Assembly (NCBI GenBank): GCA_031409655.1
Contig: JANNXQ010000125.1
Coordinates: 1-13,268, forward strand
Source of the DNA: Chthoniobacteraceae bacterium
GTDB lineage: Bacteria; Verrucomicrobiota; Verrucomicrobiia; Chthoniobacterales; Chthoniobacteraceae
DNA length: 13,268 nucleotides
Reading direction: 5' to 3'
In this document: piece by piece, positions 8,687 through 13,268 of the stretch
How the letters are laid out: every line of letters starts with the position of its first letter
How positions within the stretch are numbered: position 1 is the stretch's first letter
Notes under the pieces: generated by a model
What the model was told of the DNA's origin: nothing
What the model saw: only the letters and a program-made list of their open reading frames with translations
The model's database searches: none
Translations under genes and position numbers: made by a program

Positions 8687-8722
8687 CGGCGGAATGGAGC
8701 CGGGACAGGTGGAATGTTTCAT
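8687..8722 (-). pseudogene. Stranded 5' remnant (12 codons) of a DUF1501 gene
   Basis: ATG 8722, 4 bp after the PSD1 TAG, reads MKHSTCPGSIPP, compared with MSNTTCPGSIPP at the start of the intact DUF1501 gene. Similarity ends abruptly after the two prolines. Confidence 0.75.
8691..8712. repeat. 22-bp direct repeat, copy 2 (intergenic, just after the PSD1 stop)
   Basis: GGAATGGAGCCGGGACAGGTGG, identical to 4547-4568; ends 10 nt from the A of ATG 8722, in the same phase as copy 1. Confidence 0.95.
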
Positions 8723-8726
8723 GAGC

Positions 8727-11700
8727 CTAGCGGTGGTAGATGAACTCCTGCGTGTTGAAGATCGCGTGGGCGAGTTGGGTCCATGCGGCTTCGTCGTGCA
8801 GGAGGTCGGCGGTGGTGGCGAAGTCTCGGGCGGCGGCGGTCCATTGCTGCAACTCGCCGGGCTGCGGAGCGCGGGCGAAGGCGCGGACGAACATGGTGCT
8901 GATGCGTTCCTCGGCGGTGGCGTGCGGTGTTTTGAGGAGCTGCGCGGCCCAGTGCTTGGCGAGCGTGCTGACGAGTGGGTCGTTGAGCATCATCAGGGAT
9001 TGCGTGGGCACGTTGGTGACGTTGCGTTTGCCGCTGGGAAGCTTGAGGTCGGGCAGGTCGAAGGCGGCGAGGAATGTCGGCGGTGCCATGATGGACATCT
9101 TGAGATAGAGCGAGCGGCGTCCGTCGCCATCGAGCGGACCGGAGAAAAGGTAGCGCGGGGGAAACTCGGTGGCGCGGTGCGGATTGATGGGCAGGCCATA
9201 GAGCGTGGCATCGAGCCTGCCGGACACGGCGAGCATGGCATCGCGGATGGCTTCGGCTTCCAGTCGTCGCGTGGGGTAATGATGGCGGAGGCGATTCATA
9301 GGGTCGCGCTCGCGGGCAGCGGCGGTGACCGTGCCGGATTGGCGGAAGGTCTCGCTGAGCACGAGGCGGCGCACGAGCTTCTTCGTGGACCAGCCTTCGC
9401 GCATGAACTCGCGGGCCAGCCAGTCGAGCAACTCCGGGTGCGAGGGCTTGTCGCCGAGCCGGCCAAAGTCATCCGGCGTGGCGACGAGGCCGATGCCGAA
9501 AATCCACTGCCAGATGCGGTTCACATACACGCGGGAGGTCAGTGGGTGTTCGGGATGCAGGAGCGACTCGGCGAGTTCCCGGCGTCCGCTGCCGGTGCTT
9601 TTCGCCACGTCATTCCGACCAGCGAACATTTGCAAAAAGTCCGGCATCACGACTTCGCCGAGCGAGTCCACATTGCCGCGCACATTGAAATGCAGACCAG
9701 CCTTGGCGGTGTTGCGTTCGTCCATGCTGTTGACGGTGCGGGGGAAGGCGATGCTCCGCTCGACGCGCCGGTATTCCGCCACGAGCGCCGCGAGCGGGCT
9801 GCCGGGGTCGGCTTTGTTCGGCAGCAATTGCTGGGCGAGCAACCAGTCGAGCACGGGGCCGTCGCCGGGCTGCGTGTGGTCTTCGCACCAGCGCTGCACC
9901 GCGCCCGTGAGCCACGCGGCGAGGCGGGCATTCGCTTCCTCGACGGTCTTCGGCGCGGGGCCGGCGTAGAGCGTGGTGAAGGCATCCAGCGTGTCCTGCG
10001 GTGTGCCGCCTGCGTCGTGCGTGACGATGCCCGTGATACTCAGCCAACTGCGTTTGTCGGTGCCGGTGTCCGTGGCCGCTAGGCCGGGCGCGACGCCATG
10101 ACGCGGCGGGAAATTGGGATTCAACGAGGCCGTGGTGAAATCCAGCGTCACCCGCGTGACGCCATTCTTTAGCGGCGTGTCGCCAAAAGTCTTCCATGTT
10201 GGATTCACTTCATTGAGGAAGGTGACGCGTTCATTGAGAAACGTGTTTTCATCCATCATGAGATGTCCGCCGAACTCACCGCCCGCCAGCCGCAGACTGG
10301 CGAAGTTTCCTGCCACCAGATGCTGCGGCGGCATGTGCAGCGCACCGGGCAATTTTGATGACAGCGCGTGGGTGTGGTAGCCGCGAGGCAGCAGTCGGGT
10401 GAGGACCGCATCGCCATCGAGAGCAATAAGCGGCGTGGCCTCCGGCACCCAGCCGTGCGCCATGCCATCGCCCTCAGCGGTCCAGCCGGCGGGCAGTTGC
10501 GGCTGCAAAAAATCGGCCAGCACATTGAAGGCGGCGTTGGCCGTCGTCCGGGTGGCGCGGGTGTCGGTCCATTCTTTCACCAGTGCGTTCCATGTTGCTT
10601 CGATGCCGCCTTCCGCCCTGGTGAGCTTGGCCAGCGGATTGGCGATGTCTTCGAGTTTCGGTGCGGGTGCGTCTTTCACTTCCAGCGGCTTGCGCCAGCC
10701 TTCGGGTTGAATGCTGGCGGTCCTCCAGCGCGCCGCGAGTTCGCTGCGAATGGAGGCGCGCAACTCTTTGAGCTTCGCGATGGGCGCATCGTTTTTCCCC
10801 GGAGCATCCACGGAGCGGGCCGTCCAGCGTGGCGTCATGAAGGCTGCTCCGAGCGCGTAGTAGTCCCGCTGCGAAACGGCCTCTAGCTTGTGATTATGAC
10901 AGCGGGCGCAGGCGACGGTGGTGGCGAGGAAGACTTTGGAAAACGCATCAATTTTGTTGTTCACCATTTCCTGATGCACGCCGTTCGCATCGAGACTGCT
11001 GCCGTGGCGGTGCTCGCCGAGATGGTAGAACATCGGGCCGATGAGGCTTTCGTTGATTTGCAGCGCGGCATCCACACGCGGCGGCGCGAGTAGGTCCCCG
11101 GCGAGTTGCTCGCGGAGGAACTGGTCGTAGCCCACATCGCCATTGAACGCGCGAATGAGGTAGTCGCGGTATTCATGCGAGCCTTTCGCGGGCACGTCCC
11201 ATTCGTAGCCGTAAGTGTCCGTGTAGCGCACTGCATCCATCCAGTGACGGGCAAACTGCTCGCCAAAATGCGCTGAGCTGAGCAACTCATCCACCAGCGC
11301 CATGCAGGCCGCTTCCGCATCGGATTGGCTGGCAGTAAGGAAACGCGAGCGCTGCTCCGGCGTGGGCGGCAGACCTGTGAGCACAAACGAAAGCCGACGC
11401 AGCAAGACCTCTGCGTCCGCTCGTGGTGCGGGCGACAACCCAGCAGCATCCAGCCCGGCGCGAATGAAGCGGTCCACCGGTTCGCGACTCCACACCGCAT
11501 CAGCTACCATCGGCGGCTCCACTTTTTGCATGGGTTTCAGGCTCCACCAATCGAGCCGCTTTTGAAACTCCGCCGCCCAATCTGCTGAGATTGGTTGCGC
11601 TGCTGCTGGCGCGTCGTTGCGTGGATCCACCGCGCCCTGCTGAATCCATTCGACCAGTAGTGCCACTTCCTCGGGCGGCAGTGCCTTCTTCGGCGGCATG

Positions 11701-12848
11701 TGCAAATCCTTGTCGGCATAGCGCACCGCCTTGATCAGCAGACTCTCATCTGGCTTGCCCGGCACGATGGCTTTGCCAGTGTCACCGCCTGCTTGCCACG
11801 CGGCTCGCGAATCGAGCCGCAGTCCACCTTTTTGTTTTTTGTCACCATGGCATTCGATGCATCGCGCCACGAGCAGCGGACGGATTTTTGATTCAAAGAA
11901 CGCAACCTTTTCCGCCGACTCCGCACCGACTTCGGCGGGCGGGGCCATCACAAACTCCGGCCCGCGAGGCAGCGTCGTGAAGGCGATGCTAATGGGCTCC
12001 TTCATCTCCGGCCCGCCAATCACCCGCAGCGGTGCGCCTGGATTTGGCGCGTCGGTTTTCCACACCGTGACCTGCCCGCGCAGACTCGCCGCGTAGAGAT
12101 TTCCATCCGGCCCCAGCGCCAGCCCGATGGGAATATTCAACCCGCCGCCCGCCCCCGCCCACTCGACATTCGTCTTCCCATCAAAGCGATGAATCCGCTG
12201 CGCCGACGTGCTCCAATACGCCCGACCTTCCGCATCGAAAACCAGCCCCCACGGTGCCTGCGCTGCCTGCTGCGCCCACACCTCGCTCATCGTGCTATCC
12301 AGCTTTTCCGATGCGCGACGCACCATCTGCGCGGCAAAGTCGGTGACGAACAAGCGCCCGCCCTGCACGGCGATTTGCGTCATGCCGCCGGGCGACGCCA
12401 GCGCCACATCCGCCTTCCATTCGCCCGTCCTGCCATCGAAGCGCTTCACCTTCCCATCGCCCTGACTCGCCACCAGCAAATCGCCCGCCAGCCACGCCAT
12501 CCCCGTCGCGCGAAACAGCCGCCCGCCATAACCCTCCGGCACATCCAGCCACGTCTCCATCTTCCCGCCGCCCCGTGGGTCATAGCGCAGCACATTTCCC
12601 ACACCACCCGGCACACCCGTGGAAATGAGCAGCCGCCCCTCGGCATCGAAAAGAATCACGTTCGATGAAGGCAGCCCGCTGATGACCGTCCCCACATGCC
12701 CTCCGGTTCCCGAATCGTAGCGCTCCACTTTCCCCGAGCCGTTCATCAGCACCAGCACGTCCGCAGCCGACACGCTCACTAGCTGACCGGCCAGCATCAG
12801 CGATGCGGCCAGCAGGATGACTCGGGAAAATGAGCGCACTTGGGTCAT
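8727..12848 (-). CDS. PSD1 and planctomycete cytochrome c domain protein (PSCyt1 + DUF1549 + DUF1553) with an N-terminal NHL/Vgb-like beta-propeller
   Basis: 1373 aa with a Sec signal and about 265 aa of propeller repeats. FFESKIRPLLVARCIECHG...KGGLRLDSR (CxxCH at 11847-11861) with distal MPPK. DUF1549 motifs: PVDRFI, LLRRLSFVLTGLPP, FGEQFARHWMDAVRY, YDQFLREQLAGDLL, CARCHNHK (second CxxCH at 10896-10910). DUF1553 motifs: GRRELA, HPLTSRVYVNRIWQWIFGIGLVATPDDFG, PSHPELLDWLA, RRLEAEAIRDAML, TNVPTQSLMMLN, FNTQEF. Confidence 0.93.
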   Translation of the reverse strand: MTQVRSFSRVILLAASLMLAGQLVSVSAADVLVLMNGSGKVERYDSGTGGHVGTVISGLPSSNVILFDAEGRLLISTGVPGGVGNVLRYDPRGGGKMETWLDVPEGYGGRLFRATGMAWLAGDLLVASQGDGKVKRFDGRTGEWKADVALASPGGMTQIAVQGGRLFVTDFAAQMVRRASEKLDSTMSEVWAQQAAQAPWGLVFDAEGRAYWSTSAQRIHRFDGKTNVEWAGAGGGLNIPIGLALGPDGNLYAASLRGQVTVWKTDAPNPGAPLRVIGGPEMKEPISIAFTTLPRGPEFVMAPPAEVGAESAEKVAFFESKIRPLLVARCIECHGDKKQKGGLRLDSRAAWQAGGDTGKAIVPGKPDESLLIKAVRYADKDLHMPPKKALPPEEVALLVEWIQQGAVDPRNDAPAAAQPISADWAAEFQKRLDWWSLKPMQKVEPPMVADAVWSREPVDRFIRAGLDAAGLSPAPRADAEVLLRRLSFVLTGLPPTPEQRSRFLTASQSDAEAACMALVDELLSSAHFGEQFARHWMDAVRYTDTYGYEWDVPAKGSHEYRDYLIRAFNGDVGYDQFLREQLAGDLLAPPRVDAALQINESLIGPMFYHLGEHRHGSSLDANGVHQEMVNNKIDAFSKVFLATTVACARCHNHKLEAVSQRDYYALGAAFMTPRWTARSVDAPGKNDAPIAKLKELRASIRSELAARWRTASIQPEGWRKPLEVKDAPAPKLEDIANPLAKLTRAEGGIEATWNALVKEWTDTRATRTTANAAFNVLADFLQPQLPAGWTAEGDGMAHGWVPEATPLIALDGDAVLTRLLPRGYHTHALSSKLPGALHMPPQHLVAGNFASLRLAGGEFGGHLMMDENTFLNERVTFLNEVNPTWKTFGDTPLKNGVTRVTLDFTTASLNPNFPPRHGVAPGLAATDTGTDKRSWLSITGIVTHDAGGTPQDTLDAFTTLYAGPAPKTVEEANARLAAWLTGAVQRWCEDHTQPGDGPVLDWLLAQQLLPNKADPGSPLAALVAEYRRVERSIAFPRTVNSMDERNTAKAGLHFNVRGNVDSLGEVVMPDFLQMFAGRNDVAKSTGSGRRELAESLLHPEHPLTSRVYVNRIWQWIFGIGLVATPDDFGRLGDKPSHPELLDWLAREFMREGWSTKKLVRRLVLSETFRQSGTVTAAARERDPMNRLRHHYPTRRLEAEAIRDAMLAVSGRLDATLYGLPINPHRATEFPPRYLFSGPLDGDGRRSLYLKMSIMAPPTFLAAFDLPDLKLPSGKRNVTNVPTQSLMMLNDPLVSTLAKHWAAQLLKTPHATAEERISTMFVRAFARAPQPGELQQWTAAARDFATTADLLHDEAAWTQLAHAIFNTQEFIYHR

Positions 12849-12854
12849 GGTGGA

Positions 12855-12906
12855 AATCTAGCCAGCCACGCCCGACAAAGCTATGTCGCGACCGCCAAAG
12901 ATTGGT
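12855..12906 (-). promoter_or_regulatory. Candidate operon promoter: -10-like TAGATT and tandem direct repeats (putative activator sites)
   Basis: Minus-strand TAGATT (12860-12855) lies 6 nt before ATG 12848, with no Shine-Dalgarno sequence. Imperfect direct repeats CCGACAAAGCTATGT (12872-12886) and CCGCCAAAGATTGGT (12892-12906) match at 11 of 15 positions, 20 bp apart; the proximal copy covers the expected -35 position. Confidence 0.45.
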
Positions 12907-12956
12907 AACATCCTCTTATCACGACGAACCGACTTCAAACTGCCTTTTTCCAAGAA

Positions 12957-13268
12957 GTGGCCGACCCCACGCAACTCCTGCAAGCGCTGGAGCACCTGCC
13001 CGGCGCGCTTTTCATGATGAAGAACCTCGACTCCCGCTACATCTACATGAGCCGAGCGCTGAGGGAGGCCATCAACCTTCCGCCGGAGCAGGAAGTCATC
13101 GGCAAAACCGACTTCGACCTCTTCCCCAAAATCATCGCCGAGAGCTTCCGGCAAAACGACCTGCTCGTCTTCAAGCACGGCAAGCCATTGGTAAATGAAG
13201 TGCATGCCACGGGGTTCTTCGCCCATGCCCCCAAGTGGACATTCTCCAGCAAATACCCGCTCCACAAC
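12957..13268 (+). CDS. PAS-domain transcriptional regulator, probably AraC family; 5' part only, start uncertain
   Basis: Not in the ORF track. The frame is open from 12909 to the window end: LQTAFFQEVADPTQLLQALEHLPGALFMMKNLDSRYIYMSRALREAINLPPEQEVIGKTDFDLFPKIIAESFRQNDLLVFKHGKPLVNEV...WTFSSKYPLHN, a PAS_4-like pattern. The AraC HTH is not in the window; it is inferred from the common PAS-AraC architecture and the divergent position. First standard start is GTG 12957; ATC 12918 and ATG 13014 are alternatives. Confidence 0.78.
   Translation, partial: MADPTQLLQALEHLPGALFMMKNLDSRYIYMSRALREAINLPPEQEVIGKTDFDLFPKIIAESFRQNDLLVFKHGKPLVNEVHATGFFAHAPKWTFSSKYPLHN

Noticed and set aside
4547..8712. Calling the repeat-bounded segment an IS, transposon, prophage or CRISPR array
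   Set aside because: There is no transposase, integrase, terminal inverted repeat or phage gene, and only two repeat copies 4.1 kb apart.
8561..8722. 53-aa minus-strand ORF running on from the stranded DUF1501 ATG as a functional small protein
   Set aside because: After 12 codons it runs into unrelated sequence and overlaps the DUF5703 gene out of frame; it is better explained as a remnant.
145..10082. Long plus-strand ORFs (145-1002, 1039-1671, 1971-3179, 3190-4653, 4545-5459, 5665-6327, 7474-8559, 8556-10082)
   Set aside because: They are antisense shadows of well-supported minus-strand genes in GC-rich DNA and show no recognisable motifs.
12830..13267. ORF-track calls 12830-13198 (+), 12858-13265 (-) and 13043-13267 (-)
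   Set aside because: They are wrong-frame or antisense readings of the PAS-domain gene.

Overview
GC-rich window, most likely from a PVC-superphylum bacterium (Verrucomicrobia or Planctomycetota; inferred from the PSD1/DUF1501 gene pair). Six minus-strand genes form a probable operon, and all six have predicted export signals. In order of transcription: (1) a 1373-aa beta-propeller + planctomycete cytochrome c + DUF1549 + DUF1553/PSD1 protein; (2) a DUF5703/GH95-like glycoside hydrolase with an inserted, apparently circularly permuted LamG domain; (3) a GH43-like five-bladed beta-propeller; (4) a Tat-exported DUF1501 protein; (5) a Tat-exported pectate-lyase-3-type beta-helix protein; (6) a GH99/GH71-like protein that runs off the left edge and is missing from the ORF track. 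A divergent PAS-domain regulator (probably AraC family) runs off the right edge. The strongest hidden signal is a perfect 22-bp direct repeat (4547-4568 and 8691-8712) encoding the N-terminal codons of the DUF1501 gene. It brackets genes 2 and 3 and leaves a stranded DUF1501 start (MKHSTCPGSIPP) 4 bp after the PSD1 stop. This suggests the two hydrolase genes were inserted as a ~4.1-kb cassette into a normally adjacent PSD1-DUF1501 pair. All family assignments come from motif recognition by eye; no searches were run.
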